From the NCBI GenBank assembly GCA_020343595.1, contig CP070802.1, positions 13,377-77,376 of the forward strand: 64,000 bases of DNA, given 5' to 3'. Below are positions 19,827 to 29,230 of the stretch, one piece after another (within the stretch, counting starts at the first letter, position 1; every line of letters starts with the position of its first letter). This stretch comes from a candidate division WOR-3 bacterium. GTDB lineage: Bacteria > Hydrothermota > Tepidihabitantia > SM23-42. The notes below the pieces were generated by a model. That model had not been told where the DNA came from, did not search any database, and saw nothing but the letters and a program-made list of their open reading frames with translations. The translations under genes and the position numbers were made by a program.

Positions 19827-20915
19827 TTATCCCGTCTCCTTTTTGGCAACTGCCTCCAGGACGTCCAGCGCATGGCTGAGTTTCTCGACGGAGTAGTTAC
19901 CCATATGGCCGATGCGGATGATCGTCCCTCTGAGATTCGCCTGACCATTAGCAAAGAGAATGCCGTGTTCTTCTTTTATCTCTTTGATTATCGGCGTGCT
20001 GTCCTTTCCAGGCTGCATTTTCAATACCGTCAGAGCGTTGGAGGGCTTGTCCGGCATCAGTTCGAAACCGATTTCTCCTATTCGCTTCCGGACATATTCT
20101 GCCATGTCCTTATGTTTCTTAAAGTTATTTTCCAATCCCTGTTCGATGATCATATTCAGTCCCTTGTTCAGACCGCAGAGTATGGTTATTGCCGGAGTGA
20201 ACGGGGTCTGATTCTTACCTCTGAATTTCTCGTAGGTCTTGATATTGAAATAGTATTTGGGCAGATCCGAAGCTTTGGTCCTCTCGAGGGCCCGTTTTGA
20301 TAGCGATACAAATGAAATACCGGGCGGTGCCATCAGTGCCTTCTGAGATGCACCGACCAGACCGTCGATATGCCACTCATCCTGGGTGCAGTAATCAGCA
20401 CCAAGTCCGGCAACGCCGTCAACCACAAGATAGGCTTCATATTTCTTTGAGATCTCGCCGAATTTCTTTATGTCGTTGAGCGCACCGGTCGAGGTTTCGG
20501 TCAGTGTTGTCAGAATCACAGTTGATTTCGGCGCGGTACCGAGCGCTTCTTCGATCTGATGGGGTTCAATCGATCTTCCGTAGTCGGCCCTGATTGTGAT
20601 GGGGTCAAGGCCGTAAGTGTTGCAGAGTTCAAGCCAGCGCTCCCCGAATTTTCCGGAGATTGCCACGATGGGCCTTTCCCCGTGTGAGAGAAGATTGCAG
20701 CATGTCGCTTCCATTGCTCCGGTACCCGATGAGGTGAAAATGAAGATTTCGCACTCCTGTGCACTGAGTATTATCTTCAGATTTTCCGTAACCGCGTTAT
20801 ATAGTTCACCGAACGCATTTTCGCGATGATACAATAGCGGACAGGAAGTTTCCTGCAGTACCTCTTCAGGTACATCGACCGGACCCGGTGTGAATAGAGT
20901 ATACTTACACTTCAA
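19827..20915 (-). CDS. Class V PLP aminotransferase (alanine-glyoxylate/serine-pyruvate family)
   Basis: LFTPGP, SSGTGAME, ETSTG, VVDGV, ASQKAL, PFTP, RIGHMG. Confidence 0.92.
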   Translation of the reverse strand: MKCKYTLFTPGPVDVPEEVLQETSCPLLYHRENAFGELYNAVTENLKIILSAQECEIFIFTSSGTGAMEATCCNLLSHGERPIVAISGKFGERWLELCNTYGLDPITIRADYGRSIEPHQIEEALGTAPKSTVILTTLTETSTGALNDIKKFGEISKKYEAYLVVDGVAGLGADYCTQDEWHIDGLVGASQKALMAPPGISFVSLSKRALERTKASDLPKYYFNIKTYEKFRGKNQTPFTPAITILCGLNKGLNMIIEQGLENNFKKHKDMAEYVRKRIGEIGFELMPDKPSNALTVLKMQPGKDSTPIIKEIKEEHGILFANGQANLRGTIIRIGHMGNYSVEKLSHALDVLEAVAKKETG

Positions 20916-21390
20916 TCTTCCTCCTGCATAATATGCAGAGGCTCATGTTTTTTCTGTCGGTATCCTGTAAGGTGTTGGAGAAGTACATTACGCAACTCGG
21001 GTTGTTGCAGTGCTCCAGTCCGAGCAAATGTCCTGTTTCGTGCACTACCTCCTTACCCAGCCTCTCTTCGGAAGCGGGACCGGATAACCGGAACAGTGAG
21101 ACGATTGCGGAGCGAAGGAGCGGGTTGGCAATTCCGAAGATGAAATTAGTGTTCTCAGCGTATATATCTACGCCGATGATGCCAAGGCGGTAATCGGGGA
21201 AAGGTCCATTGAGCTCCTTCAGCCTCTTTATAACCTGCCGTGGATCATACTGTTTGCGCAGCGCGTTATACGATTCGGCAGGTACGTCAAAATAACCTCC
21301 GAAGCGCACGTCTAAGTTCAGTTCGCCGTGTAATGATCGTTCGACTCTGGCGAAACAGTCCAATCCTGTCTGCTGGTATACCGTTGTCAC
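20905..21390 (-). CDS. Archaemetzincin-family Zn metalloprotease
   Basis: [23 protein letters not shown]...LCILC; NFIFG. Confidence 0.9.
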   Translation of the reverse strand: MTTVYQQTGLDCFARVERSLHGELNLDVRFGGYFDVPAESYNALRKQYDPRQVIKRLKELNGPFPDYRLGIIGVDIYAENTNFIFGIANPLLRSAIVSLFRLSGPASEERLGKEVVHETGHLLGLEHCNNPSCVMYFSNTLQDTDRKNMSLCILCRRKIEV

Positions 21391-22139
21391 TTTTCTTTTT
21401 CAATCTTCTTGATGAAAGAAGAGAAAAGATCGATCGGGACCGGGAAGATCGTCGTCGAATTCTTCTCGGTGGCGACCTCGGTCAGGGTCTGCAGGAAACG
21501 AAGTTGGACACCCACGGCCGTTTCGCCGATGATCTTTGCGGCGCGATTGAGTTTGTCCGCAGCCTGCAATTCTCCTTCAGCATGGATCACCTTGGCCCGA
21601 CGTTCACGCTCTGCTTCAGCCTGGCGGGCGATCGCACGTTGCATTTCCTGCGGTATATCGACATGTTTGATCTCGACCGTGGAAACTTTTATGCCCCATG
21701 GGTCGGTCTGCTGATCGATGATCTTCTGCAGCCGTACGTTGATCTTCTCGCGCTGCATAAGGATTTCATCGAGCTCATATTCACCAAGGACGCTGCGCAG
21801 GGTGGTCTGGGCCAGCTGGCTCGTTGCATAGAGATAATCCTCGACCTCGAGTATCGCTTTAGCGGGCTCAAATACGCGAAAATATCCGACGGCATTGACC
21901 TTGATTGAAATATTGTCCTTTGTAATGACATCCTGGGGCGGAACATCCATTGTGATCACACGTAGATGAACCTTAGCCATCTTGTCGATGCCGGGCCAGA
22001 GTATGAATATGCCCGGGCCTTTCACCTTTACGAATCTTCCAAGCCGGAATACGACTGCCCTTTCATATTCTTTGAGAACTTTGATCGAACTGAGGATGAT
22101 CAGTACTACTACAATAATGAGTATTGTCGGTAAAGTCAT
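21387..22139 (-). CDS. Stomatin-like SPFH (slipin) protein
   Basis: [46 protein letters not shown]. Confidence 0.95.
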   Translation of the reverse strand: MTLPTILIIVVVLIILSSIKVLKEYERAVVFRLGRFVKVKGPGIFILWPGIDKMAKVHLRVITMDVPPQDVITKDNISIKVNAVGYFRVFEPAKAILEVEDYLYATSQLAQTTLRSVLGEYELDEILMQREKINVRLQKIIDQQTDPWGIKVSTVEIKHVDIPQEMQRAIARQAEAERERRAKVIHAEGELQAADKLNRAAKIIGETAVGVQLRFLQTLTEVATEKNSTTIFPVPIDLFSSFIKKIEKEK

Positions 22140-22156
22140 AGGTCCTCCTTTGCAAT

Positions 22157-22184
22157 ATTCTATGTATATTCATAATGAAGTCAA
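22157..22184 (-). promoter_or_regulatory. sigma70-type promoter with SD-led start
   Basis: TTGACT-16nt-TAGAAT; AAGGAGG before ATG at 22139. Confidence 0.65.
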
Positions 22185-22246
22185 GACAGGAGTTGTCTGG
22201 ATTAGATCTTGGGATGCTTTGTAGTGTTCTCGGGCGATATATGAAA

Positions 22247-22274
22247 TTGACAAAGGTGGATTTTTGGGTAGATT
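22247..22274 (+). promoter_or_regulatory. sigma70-type promoter, leaderless
   Basis: TTGACA-16nt-TAGATT, 5 nt to in-frame GTG at 22280. Confidence 0.65.
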
Positions 22275-22279
22275 ATACT

Positions 22280-23341
22280 GTGCTGTTACTGGCATTGTTA
22301 TTTTCTTATTCACTCGATTTTCGTGGCATATGGATACCGCGCTGGTCGATCGACGACCACGAGAATATCTTTGCGACGCTAGACAACAGGTTCAACCATG
22401 TTTTCCTGCAGGTATTTGCACTCGGTGAGGCATACTATCCCTCAGAAAAGGTCATTGTGAAGCGGTATGATGACCGTTGGCTGCGGGATTTTCTGGCTGA
22501 TGCCCACCGCAGAAATATCAGGGTTTCAGCGTGGTTGAACGTGTTTTATTCATGGGGATACGCGGAGCGGACACTGGACGCGCGTCACCCCATAAATCGC
22601 CATCCCAATTGGTATGTCGAGGACCGAAACGGCGGATCAATCCTCGAATATGGTGTCGAGGACTTGAGGCGGATGGGCATCGAAGGCTACTACCTGACGC
22701 CGGCAAACAACCAGGTCTTCGACTACATACTGGATATCGCCACTGAGTTGGTGGAGAAGTATGATTTTGACGGCGTGCATCTTGACTATTGCAGGTATCC
22801 CACGCGTCGGTTCATCTACGATGTATCGCTCAGAAGCAGGTTCATGCGCGAATACGGCGTCGATCCGAGTGATTTCGGATCGACCGGCTTCGAGCAGAGA
22901 TTCAGTGTCTGGGGAAGCACGGATCTCGAGAGTAGATTACAGAATGTGGTGCGTGATGAGTTGACCGTCTTTGTCGGGGAACTGAGCGCCCGGGTGAAAA
23001 GCACCAAACCTTACCTGGAGTTGTCTGTTGCCGTCAAAGCCGACTACGAATCGGCCAGTGCTGATTTCCTTCAGGATTGGCCCCGGTGGGTGAATGATGG
23101 ACTGGTCGATTATGTTTGCCTGATGGCATACGGTAATAACATTGGTGGGATTTTGGACAAGACGATTAAGATAGTGAATGACCCTCAAAAGGTCGCAGTA
23201 GGCCTGGGTGTATACCGTTTGAGTATTGATCGGATTGCGGCTCAGGTTCGGCAGGTTGCCGCTTTGCCCTTTTCGGGTGTGGTATTCTTTTCATATGAAG
23301 AACTCAGGAAGAACCGTTCATATCTGAGCGTTCTTCCTTAG
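22280..23341 (+). CDS. Family 10 glycosyl hydrolase-like (GHL10/YddW-type TIM barrel), secreted
   Basis: RGIW, AHRRNIRVSAW, YDFDGVHLDYCRYP, QDWPRW...VDYVCLMAY. Start reassigned to 22280, which gives a signal peptide. Confidence 0.8.
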   Translation: MLLLALLFSYSLDFRGIWIPRWSIDDHENIFATLDNRFNHVFLQVFALGEAYYPSEKVIVKRYDDRWLRDFLADAHRRNIRVSAWLNVFYSWGYAERTLDARHPINRHPNWYVEDRNGGSILEYGVEDLRRMGIEGYYLTPANNQVFDYILDIATELVEKYDFDGVHLDYCRYPTRRFIYDVSLRSRFMREYGVDPSDFGSTGFEQRFSVWGSTDLESRLQNVVRDELTVFVGELSARVKSTKPYLELSVAVKADYESASADFLQDWPRWVNDGLVDYVCLMAYGNNIGGILDKTIKIVNDPQKVAVGLGVYRLSIDRIAAQVRQVAALPFSGVVFFSYEELRKNRSYLSVLP

Positions 23342-23368
23342 TCAATCAAAGGCGATTCGACAATTTTC

Positions 23369-23396
23369 TTGACAATCGATGTCTTTAGAGTAGAAT
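23369..23396 (+). promoter_or_regulatory. sigma70-type promoter of folK, leaderless
   Basis: TTGACA-16nt-TAGAAT, 7 nt to ATG at 23404. Confidence 0.75.
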
Positions 23397-23403
23397 AGTA
23401 GTA

Positions 23404-23889
23404 ATGAAGAGGATTTTTCTTCTGCTCGGAACAAATCTGGGAGACCTGAAGGAGAATCTCGAGGGCGCCTGTAAAGCCATAGAATCTCATGGTATCAAGA
23501 TTCTGAAGAGATCGAGGATATACAAAACAAAACCGTGGGGTGTATCTGAGCAGCCTGATTTCCTCAATCAGGCCCTGGAAGTGGAAACAGAACTTTCGGC
23601 CGCGGAGTTACTCAAGATATTCAAAAATATCGAAACTCGGATGGGCAGAGGTGAAGGCCGAGGGAGATGGGGGCCAAGATTGATAGACATCGATATCATC
23701 TTCATGGGTAACCTTGTTGTCGACCAAGCAGACCTTAAGATCCCACACCGGCAATTCTTCAAACGCGGTTTCGCAGTGAAGATACTGTCCGAGATCGCAC
23801 CGGATTTCCGCCCCCCGGGTTCATCCAAGGCTTTGCATGAGTATGCAAGAGGAGAAAGTAATGAGGGAATTCAGATTTATTGCGATTGA
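23404..23889 (+). CDS. folK: 2-amino-4-hydroxy-6-hydroxymethyldihydropteridine diphosphokinase
   Basis: LLGTNLGD, QPDFLN, RWGPRLIDIDI, IPH. Confidence 0.95.
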   Translation: MKRIFLLLGTNLGDLKENLEGACKAIESHGIKILKRSRIYKTKPWGVSEQPDFLNQALEVETELSAAELLKIFKNIETRMGRGEGRGRWGPRLIDIDIIFMGNLVVDQADLKIPHRQFFKRGFAVKILSEIAPDFRPPGSSKALHEYARGESNEGIQIYCD

Positions 23890-24493
23890 AGGTGTAATCG
23901 GTGCCGGCAAGACTTCCCTCACTAAGATCCTATCTAACAGGCTGCACGCGGGTGCTCTGCTTGAGGAGTTCGAGGAGAACCCTTTTCTCGCGAAATTCTA
24001 CGCCGACCGGAAGAAATATGCCTTTCACACTCAAATATATTTTCTTATGTCAAGGTACCGAAAACAGCGGGAGATGGCGCAGATCGATCTCTTCAATTCA
24101 AAACTGATCACTGACTACCTCTTCGTTAAGGACCGTATCTTTGCCGAGGTCAATCTGAGTGAAGAAGAGTTTGCACTATATGACAAGATATATTCGATCC
24201 TCTCGATTGACATACCACGACCCGATCTCGTCATCTATCTGCAGGCAAGTCCGGAGGCTCTTTACAAAAGGATCAAGCAGCGTGGCCGTGTGTATGAGCG
24301 TGATATTGAGTTTGAATACATTGAGAAACTGAGTGAAGCGTACAATACTTTTTTCTTTCACTATAATTCTTCGCCGATGTTGATCGTGAACATCAAAGGG
24401 TTTGATTTTCTGGCCAATCCAAGAGATCTTGATTTATTGTGTGACGAAATAAAGGACATCAAGGAACCACGCCGGGTACTGTCAAGAGCATGA
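23861..24493 (+). CDS. Deoxynucleoside kinase
   Basis: IAIEGVIGAGKT, NPFLAKFY, PDLVIYL, RIKQRGR. Confidence 0.93.
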   Translation: MREFRFIAIEGVIGAGKTSLTKILSNRLHAGALLEEFEENPFLAKFYADRKKYAFHTQIYFLMSRYRKQREMAQIDLFNSKLITDYLFVKDRIFAEVNLSEEEFALYDKIYSILSIDIPRPDLVIYLQASPEALYKRIKQRGRVYERDIEFEYIEKLSEAYNTFFFHYNSSPMLIVNIKGFDFLANPRDLDLLCDEIKDIKEPRRVLSRA

Positions 24494-25281
24494 TAACCGT
24501 TAATGCGATCATTGCCAAGAAGAAGGCCGGAGAGAAGATTGTCAGTCTCACGGCCTACGATTTCATAAGCGCACGCATTCTTGATGAAGCTGGTATTGAT
24601 ATAATCCTTGTTGGTGATTCGGCAGCCAACGTTTTCGCTGGCGAGAAGACAACATTGCCCATCACCACGGAAGAGATGCTCTACCACACCAGAGTCGTGG
24701 CGCGGGCGGTGAAAAATGGTCTTGTGATCGCGGACATGCCATTCATGTCCTACCAGGTGTCGGTTGAGTCCGCCGTTTACAATGCTGGACGTTTCCTTCG
24801 AGCAGGCGCATGCGGCGTCAAGTTGGAGGGAGGAGCACCCATGATCCAGACCGTCAAAAGGCTGGTCGACCTTGGCATCCCGGTCATGGGGCATCTCGGC
24901 TTAACCCCTCAGTCGGTACATAAATTCGGCGGCTACCGAATACAGGGCGTCGGCAAAGATGCCTCGGAACGCATGCTTGAGGATGCCAAATCCCTACAGT
25001 CTGCCGGGTGTTTTGCGATCGTCCTTGAAAAGATCCCCAAGGCACTTGCAAAACGGATAACCAGTGCGATCGAGATTCCGACCATCGGCATCGGAGCAGG
25101 CCCCCATTGCGACGGTCAGGTACTCGTACTTCACGATATACTCGGGCTTTTCGAGGAGTTCAAACCCAGATTCGTTAAACGGTATGCCAACCTGGCAGAA
25201 GAGATACGAAGGGCCGTTGAGCAGTACAAGAAAGAAGTGCAAGGAGGCATCTTTCCTGACAAGGAACATTCCTTTGATTGA
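24490..25281 (+). CDS. panB: 3-methyl-2-oxobutanoate hydroxymethyltransferase
   Basis: LTAYD, LVGDS, ADMPF, VKLEGG, GHLGLTPQS, IGAGPHCDGQVLV. Confidence 0.97.
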   Translation: MITVNAIIAKKKAGEKIVSLTAYDFISARILDEAGIDIILVGDSAANVFAGEKTTLPITTEEMLYHTRVVARAVKNGLVIADMPFMSYQVSVESAVYNAGRFLRAGACGVKLEGGAPMIQTVKRLVDLGIPVMGHLGLTPQSVHKFGGYRIQGVGKDASERMLEDAKSLQSAGCFAIVLEKIPKALAKRITSAIEIPTIGIGAGPHCDGQVLVLHDILGLFEEFKPRFVKRYANLAEEIRRAVEQYKKEVQGGIFPDKEHSFD

Positions 25282-25357
25282 CCCGCGGTAAGCCGCCATG
25301 GAGTACCTTCTTGACCGTATCTAATCCATCCAAGTTGCTCGCTGAATATTTCTCTTC

Positions 25358-26671
25358 ATGTTGAGTAATATCATTCTTGTCTACGCATTGCTGGGCACTG
25401 ATTTCCCGATCTGCGTTGCCGATGACTTCCAGCAGTATTCGGAGGTAGAATTCACATACGGACAGTACTATGTTTTCTGGATCGATCGCCGCTACTACTT
25501 CATCAACGAGAAATTCGCCATATTTGGCGCACGTGTCGGTTTGGACGGTCATGTCATCGATCCAAATGGTAAGACGGTATTCTGTGACAGCACTGCTGAT
25601 GGCCTGGATGTCGCCAGCGATCCAAACAATCTCTTCGTTGTCAGTCGGAACCATTGTTGAAGCGACGGGGATATCATCGGAGTGCGGGTCACTCCTTCCT
25701 GTGATACTCTATATTCGGTGACGATATGCAATCGCCCTTCGGTCCAGGCTGACCCGGTGGTCGCCTATACCGGAGAGAATTACGTGGTCGTTTGGTCTGA
25801 TGCCTGGTTCACCGGAGCTTATTACTGGATCATTGCTTCGTGTGTCGATACTGCTGGTACAGTAATGGATACAGGGTATTGTATCGGAGCAGAGGCAATG
25901 TGTAGTGAGTTACGGCCGGATATCGCCTTTGATGGTGAACGATGTCTTGTCATCTGGTTTAATTATGACGAACCGTACGGGGTTTATGGTAGGTTCGTCG
26001 ATGAACTCGGCATGCCCGAGGATACGGTATTCACGATTTCTACAACCCTCGCCAGCTACAATGTTGATCCGAGTGTAGTATTTGCCGGTGATCGTTACCT
26101 TGTCGCCTGGGCCGACGTCCGTTCCGGCAACAGCGACCTCGATATAGTTGCTCAGTTCGTCTCGACCGAGGGTGAGTTGATTGGTGCGCCGGTGGTGATC
26201 GCCACTGGACCCAGCAACCAGATCCAGCCGGCCGCAGGTTACGACGGGAGTGTATTGCTCGTTACCTGGTGTGACGATCCGGTTGCGATATTCGGGCAGG
26301 AACTGCATCCGGATGGCACCTTACTTGGCGGTAATTTCAGAATATCAGACGATATGCCATATTCCAGGAGTCATCCCGCGGTCCATGCATCGGCACAGAA
26401 CTTTCTTGTTGTCTGGAGTGAAACACGCGGCGGTGAGAGCGACATCTTCGGGAATATTGATGTGGCAGCACCGGTGGAAGAGGACGGACCGCATCCAACC
26501 GTTTGGCAGAGAGCGACTATCTTCAATGACCGGCTCGAATTACCATTTGACGGCGCCCACCGCATATATGATGTGGGCGGACGCGACGTTACCGGGCTTC
26601 CCATGTCCAGCGGCATTTACTTTGTTGAATTCGGTGACCGCTGGCTACAGAAGATAATCAAGGTTAGATAG
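25358..26671 (+). CDS. Secreted beta-repeat protein with T9SS-like C-terminal domain, interrupted by one in-frame TGA at 25658-25660 (candidate Sec; alternatively a nonsense allele)
   Basis: ORFs 25358-25660 and 25682-26671 are in one frame (offset 324 nt). Only the TGA separates them, and the intervening codons SDGDIIG complete the repeat unit. Confidence 0.75.
25670..25707 (+). promoter_or_regulatory. Candidate bacterial SECIS-like stem-loop
   Basis: GGAGTG(25679-84)-loop CGGGT-CACTCC(25690-95), with lower stem TATCA/TGATA. The apical loop starts 24 nt after the TGA. Confidence 0.45.
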
Positions 26672-26685
26672 GAATACTCGTTTCA

Positions 26686-27135
26686 TTGAAAAGAACGGAT
26701 CGATTAGATAATATTGTCATCAGAAGGGCACGTATCGGTGATGACGCTGCGCTTGTAAGGCTCTTATCCGAGCTGGGCTACCGTTGCAGCCAGGGTTTTG
26801 CACGCAGCAAGATCAGACAGCTTTCAGGAAAAGCAAGCGACCGTATCTTTGTAGCAGTTGAGAAGCAAGTTGTGACAGCATTCATTTCATGCCATATCCT
26901 GCCAATGGTACACCAACGGGGTTTCTTGTGCCGGGTCACCGCGATTTGCGTCTTGCCAGAATGGCGTGCCCGGGGTATTGGTAAGTTATTAATGGAGACA
27001 GTCGAGGACTTTGCTCGTTCCCGGGATTGTGCTAAAATAGAGATAACGAGCGGAAAGCATAGAAAGATTGCTCACGAATTCTACCGACGTGCCGGATACC
27101 ATACGGCGTCGGCAAGATTCGTCAAAGAATTGTAG
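26686..27135 (+). CDS. GNAT-family N-acetyltransferase
   Basis: VTAICVLPEWRARGIGKLLM, AHEFYRRAGY. Confidence 0.9.
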   Translation: MKRTDRLDNIVIRRARIGDDAALVRLLSELGYRCSQGFARSKIRQLSGKASDRIFVAVEKQVVTAFISCHILPMVHQRGFLCRVTAICVLPEWRARGIGKLLMETVEDFARSRDCAKIEITSGKHRKIAHEFYRRAGYHTASARFVKEL

Positions 27136-27187
27136 AAGACTTCTGTAGGAAAGAAAATCTCACATTGGTGCAAAGTCTGAACCGGCG

Positions 27188-27215
27188 TTGACATTTGCCT
27201 GGAATCTTCTATAAT
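27188..27215 (+). promoter_or_regulatory. sigma70-type promoter of queF, leaderless
   Basis: TTGACA-16nt-TATAAT, 5 nt to GTG at 27221. Confidence 0.8.
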
Positions 27216-27220
27216 TAGGT

Positions 27221-27610
27221 GTGGCGGGTTATACCAAGAAGCATGCACGTGCTGGGCTCAAGGAGAAATTACCCAAACTTGAGGTGATCGATAATCAATT
27301 CAAGGGTTACACAATATCCATTATCATCCCTGAATACAGTTCATTATGCCCTCGCACGGGAATGCCTGATGTTGGGACGGTAACAATTGAATATGAACCC
27401 GGTGCCTATTTCGTAGAATTGAAATCATTGAAGCACTATATTCTGGGATACCGGAACCTCGGTATATTTTATGAGAACGCAGTCAACCGGATCCTTAAGG
27501 ACTTCGTGAAGGCGGTCAGACCGCGTTGGGCCAAGGTTCGCGGTGAATTCCGACCGCGCGGTGGTATCAACACCGTCGTTGAGGCAAAACACGGCAGGAT
27601 ACCATCTTGA
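27221..27610 (+). CDS. queF: NADPH-dependent preQ0 reductase (short type)
   Basis: PEYSSLCPRTGMPD, VELKSLKHY, GEFRPRGGI. Confidence 0.95.
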   Translation: MAGYTKKHARAGLKEKLPKLEVIDNQFKGYTISIIIPEYSSLCPRTGMPDVGTVTIEYEPGAYFVELKSLKHYILGYRNLGIFYENAVNRILKDFVKAVRPRWAKVRGEFRPRGGINTVVEAKHGRIPS

Positions 27611-27623
27611 GAATTCAAACACA

Positions 27624-27651
27624 TTGACAAACCGACAATTCTATATATAAT
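27624..27651 (+). promoter_or_regulatory. sigma70-type promoter, leaderless
   Basis: TTGACA-16nt-TATAAT, 5 nt to ATG at 27657. Confidence 0.8.
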
Positions 27652-27656
27652 GCGCC

Positions 27657-28364
27657 ATGGACCAGGAAACAAAGAGACTCTACATTGAAGCGCTGCAACT
27701 CTATGAAGCCGGCAAAGTAAAAGAGTCTGTCAATGCGTTGAAACAGGTTGTTCAACTCTACCCTGATTATCCTGATGTTCACAATGCTCTCGGTCTCGTT
27801 CATTCCCTCGCTGGTAATCAGGAGGACGCGATCACCTGTTTTAAGAAGGCTATCGAGCTGAATCCCTCCTATATCGAGGCGTACGTGAATCTTGCGATCG
27901 TTTACAATGAGCAGTGCGAATTTGAAGAAGCGATAAGATCTTTTGAGAAGGCGGCAACACTGGAAACGCAGGAGAAAGGTTTCTCGCCGAAACTCAAGGC
28001 GAAACTGGCCGGTGTCTACCGACAGCTCGGCGATACGTACTATGAACTGCAGGAGTACGAGAAAGCAAGAGAGGAGTACGAGAAAGCGATCGGGTTGGCA
28101 CCGACTTTCCTTGATGTCAAGCTGAAACTCGCAAAGGCTTTGCTTCAGCTAAGTGAATTCGGTGGTGCGGAAAAACTTCTCTCCGATATCCTGGCCCAGA
28201 ATGCAAGCTATCTGGAGGCGAAGACCACACGTGGCCTTTGTTACTATCGGCAACAGAGATTCGCTGATGCAAGAAACCAGTGGCAGGAAGTCTTGCGTGA
28301 GGACCCTCAGCACATAAAAGCCAGATCGTATCTAAATATGTTGAAGGAGAAACACGATGATTAA
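27657..28364 (+). CDS. TPR-repeat protein
   Basis: YPDVHNALG, FKKAIELNPSYIEAYVNLA and further TPR repeats. Confidence 0.9.
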   Translation: MDQETKRLYIEALQLYEAGKVKESVNALKQVVQLYPDYPDVHNALGLVHSLAGNQEDAITCFKKAIELNPSYIEAYVNLAIVYNEQCEFEEAIRSFEKAATLETQEKGFSPKLKAKLAGVYRQLGDTYYELQEYEKAREEYEKAIGLAPTFLDVKLKLAKALLQLSEFGGAEKLLSDILAQNASYLEAKTTRGLCYYRQQRFADARNQWQEVLREDPQHIKARSYLNMLKEKHDD

Positions 28365-28719
28365 GAAATTGAAAAAGGAAGAATTGAAACGATTCGAGAA
28401 ATTGCTGCTCGAAGAACGACAGAAGATACTCCGTGAACTGGAATACGAGAGCGATCAGATTGCCAAGACGCAGCTCGAGACTTCTGGAGACCTTGCAGCA
28501 TATTCCAATCACATGGCTGATCAGGGCACGGAGACCGAGCGTCGCGAGATTACATCCCAGATCATTTCATCAAGACGCGATACCCTTTTTGAAATCAATC
28601 ACGCACTCAGAAAAATTGCTCAGGGTACCTACGGGTTTTGTGAGCGGTGTGGGAAAATGATACCAAAGAGAAGATTGAAGTTTCTTCCGCAGGCTAGATT
28701 GTGCATCAAGTGTTCATGA
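28357..28719 (+). CDS. TraR/DksA C4-type zinc-finger protein
   Basis: Coiled coil with HMADQGT tip; YGFCERCG...RLKFLPQARLCIKC. Confidence 0.92.
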   Translation: MIKKLKKEELKRFEKLLLEERQKILRELEYESDQIAKTQLETSGDLAAYSNHMADQGTETERREITSQIISSRRDTLFEINHALRKIAQGTYGFCERCGKMIPKRRLKFLPQARLCIKCS

Positions 28720-28753
28720 TCCATTCCGGAGAAATACTCAAAACAAGTGCCTG

Positions 28754-29227
28754 ATGGTTCAACAGAAGAGCGTCAGGCCGATCCTGCTGTTCGCATTCAT
28801 ATCTTTCACACTTGACCAGCTGACCAAATTATACGTCGTCAACTATCTCAGCCCCATGGATCCGCCGGCCGAAATAATAGGTTCGCTGCTGCGCTTAAAA
28901 CTTACCTTCAATCCGTATGGTGTCTTCGGGCTGTCGATAGGTCCGGCCGCTTTGAATTATGTTTTGACCGTCATCGGTATAATTGTCCTTTTCTACGTGG
29001 GCCTGACCCTCAAGGATAGAACAGGGTTGATAGTATTCGGATTGCTCATCGGCGGTGCACTCGGTAATGTAGCCGACCGATTGCGCTTCGGTTATGTAAT
29101 CGATTTCATCGACATGGGTATCGGCAATCTGCGTTGGTTCACGTACAACCTCGCCGATGCGTTCATAACGGTTGGAGCAGTATTCCTTTTGGTTCGCGAG
29201 ATTCTATTCAAAAAGAAAACACAATAG
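28754..29227 (+). CDS. lspA: Lipoprotein signal peptidase II
   Basis: LDQLTK, FNPYGVFG, GGALGNVADR, VIDFI, YNLADAFI. Confidence 0.95.
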   Translation: MVQQKSVRPILLFAFISFTLDQLTKLYVVNYLSPMDPPAEIIGSLLRLKLTFNPYGVFGLSIGPAALNYVLTVIGIIVLFYVGLTLKDRTGLIVFGLLIGGALGNVADRLRFGYVIDFIDMGIGNLRWFTYNLADAFITVGAVFLLVREILFKKKTQ

Positions 29228-29230
29228 TGA

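Noticed and set aside
21240-21908. 222-aa plus-strand ORF, and the many other 60-190 aa ORFs nested in real genes
   Set aside because: Antisense or out-of-frame to well-supported genes; no motifs, SD or promoter.
22175-22279. N-terminal extensions in the ORF track (also 5372, 10807, 23837, 33292, 36504, 41729, 44094, 48098, 51609)
   Set aside because: They run through promoter boxes or neighbouring genes; downstream starts fit family N-termini or signal peptides better.
25658-25660. Genome-wide TGA reassignment (code 4/25) as the explanation for the in-frame TGA
   Set aside because: Conserved genes here end at TGA at their normal C-termini, often in ATGA/GTGA overlaps (1688, guaA 51735, 53681, tsf, folK), so TGA is a stop in general.
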